Shown: positions 1-8,921 of the stretch, piece by piece
Position numbering within the stretch: position 1 is the stretch's first letter
Layout: every line of letters begins with the position of its first letter
Assembly (NCBI GenBank): GCA_037200925.1
Contig: JBBCGO010000001.1
Coordinates: 511,698 to 575,697 of the forward strand
DNA length: 64,000 nucleotides
DNA from: Candidatus Doudnabacteria bacterium
Lineage (GTDB): Bacteria > Patescibacteriota > Doudnabacteria > UBA920 > O2-02-FULL-48-8
Direction: 5' to 3'
Made by a program: the position numbers and the translations under genes
Notes under the pieces: model-generated
The model's database searches: none
Seen by the model: the letters and a program-made list of their open reading frames with translations, nothing else
What the model was told of the DNA's origin: nothing

Positions 1-1794
1 CGCCGAATCGGTCCATCTCTGCACCGCGGCCTGGACCTGCACATGCTCTTCCGGGGTCAGTTCCATGGCTGTGACGAAATAATCAGGCAGCTGCTCGCCC
101 GGATGCGCATCCAGCCAGTCCTTAGCCAGTTTGATGTGCTCCTGGTGCACACCCAATCGCGATTTGCGGAAATAGATCCAGGAAAAGAACGGTTCAATGC
201 CTGTGGAAGTGCCGACCATGGTCCCGATCGTGCCGGTCGGCGCCTGAGTTAAGATCGTGACATTGCGGATGCCGTACTGGCGGACCAGGTGGCGGATGTA
301 TTCGGGCATGCGCTGCATAAATCCCGATTGCAGGAATTTATCCGCTTCAAATTTCGGGAATGCGCCTTTCTCTCTTGCCAAGTCCACGGAAGTTTCGTAA
401 GCCGTGATGGAGATGAACTGGTAAAGCTTATCGATAAATTCCACTCCCTGGGGACTGCCGTAGCGCAAATTTAAATTGATCAGCATTTCGGCAAGGCCAA
501 TAGTGCCCATGCCTACCCGGCGCTCGCTCATCTGCTGCTGGTAATTCTCGTCAAAGAAATAGGGAGTTGCGTCAATGACATTGTCCTGGAACCTGACCGC
601 ATCCTGCACCGTGCGTTTCAATTTATTCCAGTCCACGTCGCGAGCAACCGCATCCACGTGCTTGGCAAGATTGATGTGGCCAAGATTGCATACACCCCAA
701 GCGGGCAAAGGCTGTTCGCCGCACGGATTGGTGCACGGCAGGTCCGCAAAGTAGTGAGAATTGGAATAATAATTCGCGCGGTCAATAAAATACATTCCCG
801 GTTCCGCGGAAGAATGCGCCGAAGAAATTATATTGTCCCAAATATCGCGCGCCCTCACTGTCTTCTGCTTGACCACCTTGCCGCCAATTTCCTTCCAGCG
901 GTTGATGTTGCCGTCCCAGCGATCGCGGTATAAAGGATCCGAAGTGTCAGGAAAAACCAGATCCCAGGGCTGGTCGTTTTTCACCGCCTGCATGAAATCA
1001 TCCGTGATGCCCACGGAAATATTGGCATTCGTGATCTTGCCGGCTTCTTTTTTGGAATTGATAAAATCGATGACATCCGGATGCCAGACGTTTAAAATCA
1101 GCATCAAAGCGCCTCTGCGCGAGCCGCCCTGCTCAATCAGGCCGGTAACAAAACTATACAAAGATGCCCAGGATACGGAACCGCTGGACCTGCCATTCAC
1201 GCCTTTGACATAAGCATAACGCGGCCGGAGTGTGGAAACATTGATGCCGACGCCGCCGCCGCGGGACATGATCTCGGCCATCTGGCCCAAAGTTTCAAAA
1301 ATGCCCTGTCTGGAATCTTTCGGAGATGGAATAACGTAACAATTATAATAAGTTAAATTCTGCCCTGTTCCGGCACCGGTGAAGATCCGGCCGGCCGGCA
1401 CGTATTTCCAATCATCCATCAGTTCGCGGTATCGTCCTTCCCATTCCTGCTGCAGTTCAGGGGTACTTTCCACTGAAGCGATGTGTTTGGCGATGCGTTC
1501 GAACATTTGTTCCGGCACGGTTTCAAGCGGTTTGTCCACGTGTTCGATCGCCCGCGTCTCCAGCGTGCCGTCGCGCAGCTTCACTACCACCTCGCGGGTT
1601 TCCTGATTAAGTCTTTCCACAGTGCCAATTTCTCTTTGGCCGGTTTTTAGATTAACACAAACAACTACCGTATCACCCACAGTCAAAGTTTCCTTTTTCG
1701 CATCCTTGATAGCGTATCTGTCAAGAAAGATCTTTTCTCCCAGTTCGGCTAATCCGTTAACTTTTCTGGTTTGTAGGTTTTCTTTGGGCTGCAT
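1..1794 (-). CDS. nrdJ: Class II (adenosylcobalamin-type) ribonucleotide reductase, N-terminal ~598 aa; 3' end runs off window
   Basis: Hand translation of minus strand from ATG at 1794: MQPKENLQTRKVNGLAELGEKIFLDRYAIKD... contains RNR active-site region PCTNPCGEQPLPAWGVCNLGHINL (class II CNLGxINL signature); not listed in ORF track because it is open at window start. Confidence 0.8.
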   Translation of the reverse strand, partial: MQPKENLQTRKVNGLAELGEKIFLDRYAIKDAKKETLTVGDTVVVCVNLKTGQREIGTVERLNQETREVVVKLRDGTLETRAIEHVDKPLETVPEQMFERIAKHIASVESTPELQQEWEGRYRELMDDWKYVPAGRIFTGAGTGQNLTYYNCYVIPSPKDSRQGIFETLGQMAEIMSRGGGVGINVSTLRPRYAYVKGVNGRSSGSVSWASLYSFVTGLIEQGGSRRGALMLILNVWHPDVIDFINSKKEAGKITNANISVGITDDFMQAVKNDQPWDLVFPDTSDPLYRDRWDGNINRWKEIGGKVVKQKTVRARDIWDNIISSAHSSAEPGMYFIDRANYYSNSHYFADLPCTNPCGEQPLPAWGVCNLGHINLAKHVDAVARDVDWNKLKRTVQDAVRFQDNVIDATPYFFDENYQQQMSERRVGMGTIGLAEMLINLNLRYGSPQGVEFIDKLYQFISITAYETSVDLAREKGAFPKFEADKFLQSGFMQRMPEYIRHLVRQYGIRNVTILTQAPTGTIGTMVGTSTGIEPFFSWIYFRKSRLGVHQEHIKLAKDWLDAHPGEQLPDYFVTAMELTPEEHVQVQAAVQRWTDSA

Positions 1795-1822
1795 GGGTGT
1801 TGTTTGTGGGTTTAATTAATTG

Positions 1823-2266
1823 TTATAGTTTCTTCGCTTCCTTCACGAACTCTTCAACATCTGCGAACTTTCGATAAACTGATGCAAAACGTATGTAGGC
1901 CACCTGATCCTTGCCTTTGATCCTTTTCATGACGATATTGCCGATATCTTTGGTGGCAATTTGTTCTTTGCCCGTTTTTTGGATGTCCTGCTCGATGCCG
2001 GCCACTAAGGAATGAAAATCATCACTGGTCAGAGGCCGTTTTTCAAAAGCCTTGCGGATACCGGACTCGATCTTCTCCCGCATGTAGGCTTCCGTACTGC
2101 CGTCGCGCTTGAGTACAGAGAGGTCCAAGATTTCCATCTCTTCGTGCGTGGAAAATCTGGCTCCGCATTTGTTGCATTCACGCCGGCGCCGGATCGCCAT
2201 GCCGTCAGAAATAGGCCGAGAGTCTAAAACCTTGGTATCGTCATTCTGGCAATTGGGGCATCTCAT
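1823..2266 (-). CDS. nrdR: Transcriptional repressor NrdR (Zn-ribbon + ATP-cone)
   Basis: MRCPNCQNDDTKVLDSRPISDGMAIRRRRECNKCGARFSTHE... classic NrdR N-terminus; start moved to internal Met14 of track ORF (1823..2305, TTG-initiated); immediately upstream of nrdJ on same strand. Confidence 0.9.
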   Translation of the reverse strand: MRCPNCQNDDTKVLDSRPISDGMAIRRRRECNKCGARFSTHEEMEILDLSVLKRDGSTEAYMREKIESGIRKAFEKRPLTSDDFHSLVAGIEQDIQKTGKEQIATKDIGNIVMKRIKGKDQVAYIRFASVYRKFADVEEFVKEAKKL

Positions 2267-2516
2267 CGTCGTAATTGGTCGACGCTTCGCAATTTTGCTC
2301 CGCAAAATGTGCTACGGTCGACTTATTGCTCCTCTTCGCAAAAAATCGTGCTCGACTTCGTCTGCGCACCAATTTTTTGCGATAATCTTGAAATCTTAGC
2401 ACAAATTAAATAAGAGGTTATATCCCAAAAATGGGCCTCTCAAATGAATCTTAATTGAAACAAAGTGCTCTTTTTGTGTTGTTTTGGGTGTCTGGTTCGC
2501 CGTAAACCAGTTTCAA

Positions 2517-2532
2517 ACACAATATATGGTAT
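2517..2532. promoter_or_regulatory. Candidate NrdR box (ACACAATATATGGTAT), 5' half matches consensus acaCwAtATaTwGtgt well, 3' half poorly
   Basis: Located in divergent intergenic region upstream of nrdR-nrdJ; only one good half-site. Confidence 0.3.
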
Positions 2533-2728
2533 TGACCATAGTTAATATAGCCCCATATGTAGAACCTGTCAAAACCTCAATTTTTGCCAGATTTTATTCC
2601 CGTTTACTAGATATAGAGAAACTTATCAACATTATTTGGCTACAATACTTTAGGATGTCAATTGACAAAAAAATCCACGAACTCTAAAATATAAATATCA
2701 TTAATTTTGCAAAAATTATGATGCGCGG

Positions 2729-2744
2729 ACACTAAATGTTGTGT
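2729..2744. promoter_or_regulatory. Candidate NrdR box (ACACTAAATGTTGTGT), 14/16 to consensus
   Basis: Palindromic 16-mer with acaC...Gtgt ends; lies ~50 nt upstream of ATP-grasp gene start and ~460 nt upstream of nrdR. Confidence 0.35.
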
Positions 2745-2748
2745 ACAT

Positions 2749-2775
2749 AACGCCCGAAAGGGCGTTTTGTTTTTC
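2749..2775 (+). terminator. Terminator/attenuator-like hairpin (AACGCCC-GAAA-GGGCGTT + T-tract) directly before ATP-grasp gene start
   Basis: 7-bp GC stem, GAAA tetraloop, followed by TTTGTTTTT on plus strand; no upstream plus-strand gene, so possible leader attenuator or small-RNA terminator. Confidence 0.4.
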
Positions 2776-2795
2776 ATGTGATATATAATAACCTT

Positions 2796-3959
2796 ATGAG
2801 CAACTGCGTTTACTGTGGCAATAACCCGGTCCACCACCAGGCCCATAAATTTTACGGGTCAATTGATATTATGTTTCATCCCCTGCGCCAAGCTGTTATG
2901 CAGGGTTGGTTTGGACAATTCACGGATATGCTAGGAACCGGAGCTGCCTTCGGATTATTCTACGCTCTCAAGCCTTTCGGTTTGATAAAGCTGAATCGCG
3001 ATATCAATCAAGTGCCGTATGAGCGGGCCAAAGTTTTATGGCAAGAAGCTATCGACCGCAACATTGAATTTGAAGAGATCAAGCCTTTCAACCGGTCTAT
3101 TGATCTGTACAGGGCGAAAATCAATGGCCGGGAACTGTATTTTATGAACCTGCCGCGCGAAGAATCAGCTATGGCTTCGAACCTGGCCTGGGTTGATGAC
3201 AAGCATCTGCTGAAACAAAAGCTGCTCGAACACCGAATCCCCGTCGCTGCCGGCGGATCATTTACCGATCTTACGGATGCGCTTAAAGCATTTCAAACAA
3301 TGGACAAACCGGTGATCGTCAAACCACGCGCCGGCTCCCGCGGCAGACATACCACCACCAATATTTATGCAAAGGAGGATTTTATAAAAGCTTTCAAAAT
3401 CGCCAAACAACTTTGCCACTGGGTGATCGTGGAAGAGCATTTGTTCGGCGATGTGCAAAGAGGCACTATTATCGGCGATAAATTAATCGGGGTTTTGGGC
3501 GGCTCGCCCCCGCGCGTGACCGGTGACGGCGTCCACACTATCGCGCAACTGATAAAAATCAAGGATGCCGAACGTCCCGCCAAAGTCAAACAGATCAAGG
3601 TCAATGAATATTTTATGCAGCGGAGCGGCCTTGCGATGGATCTGATATTGGCCCGAGAGCAAACAGTGGATCTGTCAGAAAAAATCGGGGTAAATTACGG
3701 CGGCACATCTTATGATTGCACCGACGAAACACATCCTGAAACCAAACAAATGCTGGTGGAAGCCGCCAAAATTTTAGATATTTCCATTTTGGGCTTTGAT
3801 TTTATCGTTCCCGACATCACCAAATCATATAAAGAACAAAAATCCGGAATCATTGAATGCAACGGCGCGCCGTTCATCCAGCTCCACCACGACCCGCTGA
3901 TAGGAAAATCCATCAATGCCGCTAAATACGTCTGGGATTTACTTTTAGAAACAAAATAG
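2796..3959 (+). CDS. ATP-grasp domain protein (RimK / cyanophycin-synthetase-like ligase family), N-terminal CxxC motif
   Basis: MSNCVYCGNN...; central region IVKPRAGSRGRHTT...HWVIVEEHLFGD...GDKLIGVLGG resembles ATP-grasp fold; alternative GTG start at 2778. Confidence 0.6.
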   Translation: MSNCVYCGNNPVHHQAHKFYGSIDIMFHPLRQAVMQGWFGQFTDMLGTGAAFGLFYALKPFGLIKLNRDINQVPYERAKVLWQEAIDRNIEFEEIKPFNRSIDLYRAKINGRELYFMNLPREESAMASNLAWVDDKHLLKQKLLEHRIPVAAGGSFTDLTDALKAFQTMDKPVIVKPRAGSRGRHTTTNIYAKEDFIKAFKIAKQLCHWVIVEEHLFGDVQRGTIIGDKLIGVLGGSPPRVTGDGVHTIAQLIKIKDAERPAKVKQIKVNEYFMQRSGLAMDLILAREQTVDLSEKIGVNYGGTSYDCTDETHPETKQMLVEAAKILDISILGFDFIVPDITKSYKEQKSGIIECNGAPFIQLHHDPLIGKSINAAKYVWDLLLETK

Positions 3960-3997
3960 AGCCTTATCGGCTATATTGCCGTCGCTCGCTCACATTG

Positions 3998-4019
3998 GAT
4001 CAGAAATTAATTTCTGATC
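3998..4019. repeat. 22-bp perfect palindrome GATCAGAAATTAATTTCTGATC
   Basis: Seen directly in intergenic region between ATP-grasp gene and purC terminator. Confidence 0.6.
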
Positions 4020-4035
4020 AGTTCGCTCTCTTGGC

Positions 4036-4069
4036 AATAAAAAAGGCCGAACTTCAGGAGTCCGGCCGC
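4036..4069 (-). terminator. Intrinsic terminator downstream of purC (GGCCGGA..TCGGCC stem then T6 on minus strand)
   Basis: Plus strand AAAAAAGGCCGAACTTCAGGAGTCCGGCC; loop is long (13 nt) so moderate confidence. Confidence 0.45.
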
Positions 4070-4165
4070 TATTCAAATTATCGTCTCAGGCAGGGTCTGA
4101 GGCGCTGCCGATGGTTCCGACAGTTCCGCCGGTAGACCGTCCTTCATTTCCGCCTCCTTGCATGC

Positions 4166-5179
4166 TTACACCCCGATGCTCATCTCGTTTTTCTGAAACT
4201 CCGGCAGATCCTTGCCTGTGAGCCGTATCGTCAATGCAAGGTAGCGGGTCGTGCAAGCCTCGAGCACTTCTTTCGGAACTGGAATATCGCCGACCAAAAC
4301 CGCGTTCTCCACAGACTTCGCGTCTATTTTGCTGATATTGACGACCGCTCCATCCACCGGCGATGCCTTCTTGCCCCATTCGCGCACCGGCTGCTTGTCA
4401 TAGCCGCTTGGCGCCTTTCCTTGTTTCTGGGCCTCATTGTACTCGTCCACATCCCAATAGCGGGAAGAGTCGGGCGTTGCCACTTCATCGCAGATCATCC
4501 GGGTTGTATCAAACTCGAATTTCGTGTCCGCGAAGATGACGCCTTTCTTCCGCGCGTCGTTACGGATGACATTGAAAAGATTTATTGAAAACGCCTCAAC
4601 GCCGGACCCGTATACCCGGGCTACGTATTCGCGGGTCACTGGTTCATCGTGGCCTGATTGGGCCTTGTCAGTGGGCGTGAACATCGGCTCGTCGAGCCAG
4701 GCGCCGTCGTGCAAGCCATCGGGCAACTGATAACCCCAAAGCAAGCGTTCACCGGCCGCATACTTTTCCCACGCAGACCCGGTCAGAACTCCGCGAACAA
4801 CGCATTCGACCGGCATCATCTGACGGCGCTTGACCACGAGCGCCCGTCTCTGCAGTTCGGGATATTTCCGCAAGCCCAGCGGCAGATAAGAATCTATGCC
4901 GGCGCCGGAAGCGACCAGGTGATGATCGTTCTTGATCAGCAGCTTGGTCAGGAAGTGCACGGTGAGTGCCGTGAGCACTTCACCTTTGAGCGAGACCAAA
5001 GAGCCCAAGACGAAATCAAAAATGCTCACCCGGTCTGTCGCAACGACCAGCAGAAGATCCGTGTATCCCGGAAGCTCATACGTGTCGCGGACCTTGCCCT
5101 GATGAATTCGCTTGAGACTGCGGTGCGCCAACTCTTCCGATATCGGGGACTCGGCGACTGATGGCGGGATGTAGGGCAT
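4166..5179 (-). CDS. purC: Phosphoribosylaminoimidazole-succinocarboxamide synthase (SAICAR synthetase)
   Basis: GKVRDTYEL motif and overall SAICAR-synthetase-like sequence; GC-rich. Confidence 0.8.
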   Translation of the reverse strand: MPYIPPSVAESPISEELAHRSLKRIHQGKVRDTYELPGYTDLLLVVATDRVSIFDFVLGSLVSLKGEVLTALTVHFLTKLLIKNDHHLVASGAGIDSYLPLGLRKYPELQRRALVVKRRQMMPVECVVRGVLTGSAWEKYAAGERLLWGYQLPDGLHDGAWLDEPMFTPTDKAQSGHDEPVTREYVARVYGSGVEAFSINLFNVIRNDARKKGVIFADTKFEFDTTRMICDEVATPDSSRYWDVDEYNEAQKQGKAPSGYDKQPVREWGKKASPVDGAVVNISKIDAKSVENAVLVGDIPVPKEVLEACTTRYLALTIRLTGKDLPEFQKNEMSIGV

Positions 5180-5181
5180 GG

Positions 5182-5697
5182 CTACTTTTTCTCCTTCGTG
5201 CGGAAGTTGTCCAAATTAACGTTTCTCTTTGTTGGCTTGGTCGTTTCGGCAAGATACTCACACAATTTTTGCCGAACTTCCCGGCCTTCTTCGGATGCAA
5301 ACGACAGGATCTGCGCGGCTGCCAATGCGGCATTGTCCAGATTGGGCACAACCATAACTGGTCGCCCCGGTGGCATGCTCGCCATGGCATACAGCGAATC
5401 TTGCGGGCCGTAAGGACCGCCTGGCAGAGGCACGCCGATCACAGGCAACCAGCCTTGAGTGTTTGCAGAGATTGCGCCGGCCAATGCTGCTGCCCATCCG
5501 GCCGCAGCGATGAAAACTTTTGAAGGCCCGTCCAGATGGTCGCAAAGAGCACTCAACTCCAAAGGGTTGCGGTGAGCCGAGATCACATTGACCTCGAACA
5601 CGATCCCAAGCTTTCTGAAGATCTCTTCCAGCTTGGAATTCGCCACAGATTTCAGATCACTCTCGCTGCCGACGATCACGTAAACCTGCGGATCCAT
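5182..5697 (-). CDS. purE: 5-(carboxyamino)imidazole ribonucleotide mutase / AIR carboxylase
   Basis: VIVGSESDL...ISAHRNP...PVIGVP motifs typical of PurE; 3 nt from purC start, likely co-transcribed. Confidence 0.85.
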   Translation of the reverse strand: MDPQVYVIVGSESDLKSVANSKLEEIFRKLGIVFEVNVISAHRNPLELSALCDHLDGPSKVFIAAAGWAAALAGAISANTQGWLPVIGVPLPGGPYGPQDSLYAMASMPPGRPVMVVPNLDNAALAAAQILSFASEEGREVRQKLCEYLAETTKPTKRNVNLDNFRTKEKK

Positions 5698-5848
5698 AAA
5701 ATCCCTCCTCTCACAACCAAATGAAGAGAACTTGATTTTAAATCATATAACCTTTCGGCTTTTTGGGCAAATATTTTCTTCTTGCCTTAGATTTAGATTT
5801 GCTGTTAAACTCTGGATAACCTTTGCCAATTTTCCGGAGGATACGACA

Positions 5849-7246
5849 ATGCATGCTTTGGAAGCAATCGGACCGATCGACGGGCGCTACCGGCGGCATA
5901 CCGAACCTTTGGCCGAGCATTTCAGCGAACAGGCGCTTATCAAAAAGCGCGTGCTGCTGGAGGCTGAATACTTCATTGCGCTCGCAGGATGCGACGGCGT
6001 TCCAATGCGCAAGCTGGCGCCTCATGAACATGCTGCTATCATGTCGCTTCCGACAAATCTTAGTTTGGCGGACTGCGAGATCATCAAGCAGATCGAGACC
6101 AAGGGATGGAACAGCATCAAAAAGACCGACCACGATGTCAAAGCCGTGGAGCTGTGGATGCGGCATGTGCTGGCGCAGAACAGTCTTAATGATCTGCTGG
6201 AGTGGCTGCACTTCGCGCTGACATCCGAGGATATCAACAATCTCTCCTACGCAATGATGCTCACCGGCGGAATCCGCACACTTCTGCCGAAACTCGAAGA
6301 TGTGCTCGGGTTCCTGGATTCCTGGGCCCAGCTGCACGCTGCAGATGCCATGATGGCGCGCACTCACGGCCAGCCGGCGACACCAACGACGTTCGGCAAA
6401 GAGATGCGCATATTCGCAGAGCGGCTGCACCGGCAGATCGAACAGCTTCGCACGTTTCGTCTCCTGGTCAAGCTCAATGGCGCCTCCGGCAACTACAATG
6501 CGCATTTCATCGCTTTGCCGAATGTTGACTGGGTGGATTTCTCCCGCAAGTTCATCGAACACATCGGCCACGAATACAGCTGCCGGTTCGACGTCAATCT
6601 CCACACCACGCAGATAGAACCGCACGACAACTACGCCGAGCTCTCTCATCTGTTGGCACGCATTAACACCATCCTCATTGACTTCTGCCAGGACATGTGG
6701 CAGTACGTCAGTGACAAATGGATAGTGCTGCTGCCGGAAGAAGGAGCTGCGGGCTCGTCCACCATGCCGAACAAGATCAACCCCATCCAGCTGGAAAATG
6801 CTGAGGGCAACGCGCAGGTCGCCAACAGCATGTTCGAAGGATATGCCCGCACACTGCCCATTTCGCGCAGGCAACGGCACTTGTCGGACTCAACCATCAT
6901 CCGCACATTCGGCGTAGCGTTCGGACACACTCTTGTAGCGTATCGTATGGTTTTGACGGGCCTGGGTCGGATGCGGCCGGATGTTCTGAGAATGAAGCAA
7001 GTCCTCTCGCGGCATCCGGAGGTCGTTGCCGAAGCATACCAGACGATATTACGCAGGCATGGCTACCCCGATCCGTACGAAGCTCTCAAAAAACTAACGC
7101 GTGGAGTTAAAGTAACGCTTGAAGACCTTCAGCGGTTCACATACGAACTGGATGTGAACGACGAGGTCCGGGCGGAACTGCTGGCCGTGGATCCACTCAG
7201 ATATCTGGGCCTGTCGCGGCTGCTGGCAGAAACCAAACCTGCCTGA
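5849..7246 (+). CDS. purB: Adenylosuccinate lyase
   Basis: MHALEAIGPIDGRYRR... (GPIDGRY signature), fumarate-lyase family SSTMPNK motif; start moved to ATG 5849 preceded by GGAGG at 5836-5840. Confidence 0.85.
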   Translation: MHALEAIGPIDGRYRRHTEPLAEHFSEQALIKKRVLLEAEYFIALAGCDGVPMRKLAPHEHAAIMSLPTNLSLADCEIIKQIETKGWNSIKKTDHDVKAVELWMRHVLAQNSLNDLLEWLHFALTSEDINNLSYAMMLTGGIRTLLPKLEDVLGFLDSWAQLHAADAMMARTHGQPATPTTFGKEMRIFAERLHRQIEQLRTFRLLVKLNGASGNYNAHFIALPNVDWVDFSRKFIEHIGHEYSCRFDVNLHTTQIEPHDNYAELSHLLARINTILIDFCQDMWQYVSDKWIVLLPEEGAAGSSTMPNKINPIQLENAEGNAQVANSMFEGYARTLPISRRQRHLSDSTIIRTFGVAFGHTLVAYRMVLTGLGRMRPDVLRMKQVLSRHPEVVAEAYQTILRRHGYPDPYEALKKLTRGVKVTLEDLQRFTYELDVNDEVRAELLAVDPLRYLGLSRLLAETKPA

Positions 7247-7339
7247 CAAGGAAAGCACTCGCTTTCCTTTTTATTTTTGCCAAATAAAAAACGGGACGCT
7301 AATGCGTACCCGTCATAGAACCTTGAACTCCTCCTCTGC

Positions 7340-8050
7340 TCAGACCGAGAACTGATGCGCTTTGATCTCATCCTCAACCGCTTTGACCATTTCCTTCGGC
7401 CAGATTCCGAGCTCGCCGAGCGCGAAAGCAATGTCAAGCAAGTTGTAGATCACGATGATGTGCTCGAAGCCTGCTGCCTCCAGCCGCGGCACCGCACCCT
7501 GCTGGCGATCAGCCCAGATCAGGCATGGCATCTGTTTCGCCGGATAGCCGTCCGCTTCCAGTTTCTCCGCAGCTTCGAGCTTCGACTTGCCGTCGGTGGC
7601 TACGTTGTCCACCATCCAGTAACGCTGCCGCGGATCCGGCCGCCCGTTGACCCAGCCCTGATGCGCACCGTGCTGTTTGAGTGCTTCGCGCATGATGCGA
7701 TGAGCGATCGGCGGCATCTTTGGACCGTACTTTTTGCGCTCTTCGACGCTGGCCATGGCTGCGGCCTGCGCCAATGCGTTGCCTGCCGTCGGAATACCGA
7801 TCAGGCATTGCTGTTCCGACTCGTATATATCGCTGCCGTAAACGACCTGGGCGATCTTACGGCCGATCAGCCATTCAAGTTCCGGATGATCGGTCAGATC
7901 TTCGCGCCCGAAGACGTAGACGTTGGACATGATTCCCGATTTGAGCTTGAACGGTGTTTCGCTGTATGCGACGAAACGGACAATCGCCATCTCCCGCATC
8001 AGCGTGAGGTCTTCTGCTGTGAAAACCATCCCCGAAGGTACCTGCATCAC
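7340..8050 (-). CDS. pyrE: Orotate phosphoribosyltransferase family protein (divergent, with insertion)
   Basis: FKLKSGIMSNVYV (OPRT FxLxSG..S motif), IGIPTAGNALAQA, PRPP-binding-like YWMVDNVATDGKS. Confidence 0.65.
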   Translation of the reverse strand: MMQVPSGMVFTAEDLTLMREMAIVRFVAYSETPFKLKSGIMSNVYVFGREDLTDHPELEWLIGRKIAQVVYGSDIYESEQQCLIGIPTAGNALAQAAAMASVEERKKYGPKMPPIAHRIMREALKQHGAHQGWVNGRPDPRQRYWMVDNVATDGKSKLEAAEKLEADGYPAKQMPCLIWADRQQGAVPRLEAAGFEHIIVIYNLLDIAFALGELGIWPKEMVKAVEDEIKAHQFSV

Positions 8051-8058
8051 ACGCCTCC

Positions 8059-8742
8059 TTAGGTCTCGGCAACTTGGACCTTAGCGATCTCGTCCCGCAG
8101 CCGCGCCATAGCTTTCTCGGGGTTCTTCGCATCAGTCACCATTCGGCCGATGACCAGAAAGTCCGCGCCATTGGCTATCGTGACGCCGGGAGTCTCCAAC
8201 TGCTGTTGATCATCAGCATCGGCACCCACGAACCTGGTGCCGGGCGAAACAATGTCAACCCGTCCATGAAACCGCGTCAAATGATCGCGCATCCATGCGA
8301 CCTTGGTCGGAGGACAGATAAATCCTTCGACACCCGCGTCCATCGCGTCTTTGATCATATTCTCGACGGCATTCGGCTGGTAGTACCGGGCAAACTCGTC
8401 GTCGGTCAACGACGTCAGAAAGACCACAGCATAGACACCGGCGCCTGCTTCAACCGCCTTCCTCATCATCTTTATGCCACCGGAGGCGTGCACCGTAATA
8501 ATGTCCGCGCCTGCGTCCACAAGCGCCTCAACACGTTTGGCCACTGTATCAGGCGTGTCGTGCGCTTTGATATCTGTCCAGATGAGTTTCGCTCCGTGAC
8601 CCTTGAGCGACTGGATCCGTTCTTTGGCCGCAGGGTCTGTCAGCATATGGACTTTCACGCCCGCAAACTGGCCGCCCACGCGATTCAACAGACTGGCGGC
8701 TTTGCGCATCGACACGTCCGCGGCCAAATAAAATCCCTTCAT
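8059..8742 (-). CDS. pyrF: Orotidine 5'-phosphate decarboxylase
   Basis: LIWTDIKAHDTPDT (DxKxxDIP-like), ITVHASGG, VSPGTRF motifs. Confidence 0.8.
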   Translation of the reverse strand: MKGFYLAADVSMRKAASLLNRVGGQFAGVKVHMLTDPAAKERIQSLKGHGAKLIWTDIKAHDTPDTVAKRVEALVDAGADIITVHASGGIKMMRKAVEAGAGVYAVVFLTSLTDDEFARYYQPNAVENMIKDAMDAGVEGFICPPTKVAWMRDHLTRFHGRVDIVSPGTRFVGADADDQQQLETPGVTIANGADFLVIGRMVTDAKNPEKAMARLRDEIAKVQVAET

Positions 8743-8832
8743 TGCACATCCCCTCCTTCAGTTGTTGTTTTGTACGTCCAAGCACCTTGCTTGATTTTCA
8801 GGATAGCAAATGTCCGAATTGCTGCCAAATAA

Positions 8833-8861
8833 ATCCCCACACCAAAATTTGGTGTGGGGAT
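8833..8861. repeat. Palindromic repeat unit P copy 1: ATCCCCACACC-aaaattt-GGTGTGGGGAT followed by AAAAAAACGGC
   Basis: Perfect 11-bp arms, 7-nt loop; identical unit at 10036 and split unit at 46307. Confidence 0.9.
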
Positions 8862-8902
8862 AAAAAAACGGCGGGTGCTTTTGAAAAAAAGCACGCACCG
8901 CC
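8862..8902 (-). terminator. Intrinsic terminator after pyrC (GGCGGTGCGTGC..GCACCCGCC stem then T7 on minus strand)
   Basis: Plus strand AAAAAAACGGCGGGTGCTTTTGAAAAAAAGCACGCACCGCC; T-tract abuts repeat P1. Confidence 0.6.
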
Positions 8903-8921
8903 GCCAACTGTTCTGTTGTGG

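Noticed and set aside
5738-6880. 380-aa minus-strand ORF overlapping purB
   Set aside because: Antisense to a clearly homologous gene (purB with GPIDGRY motif). Long spurious ORFs are expected in GC-rich DNA, and this one has no recognisable motifs.
7355-8832. 235-aa and 252-aa plus-strand ORFs antisense to pyrE and pyrF
   Set aside because: They overlap recognisable PyrE/PyrF coding sequence on the opposite strand and are Arg/His-rich low-complexity, typical of GC-rich antisense frames.
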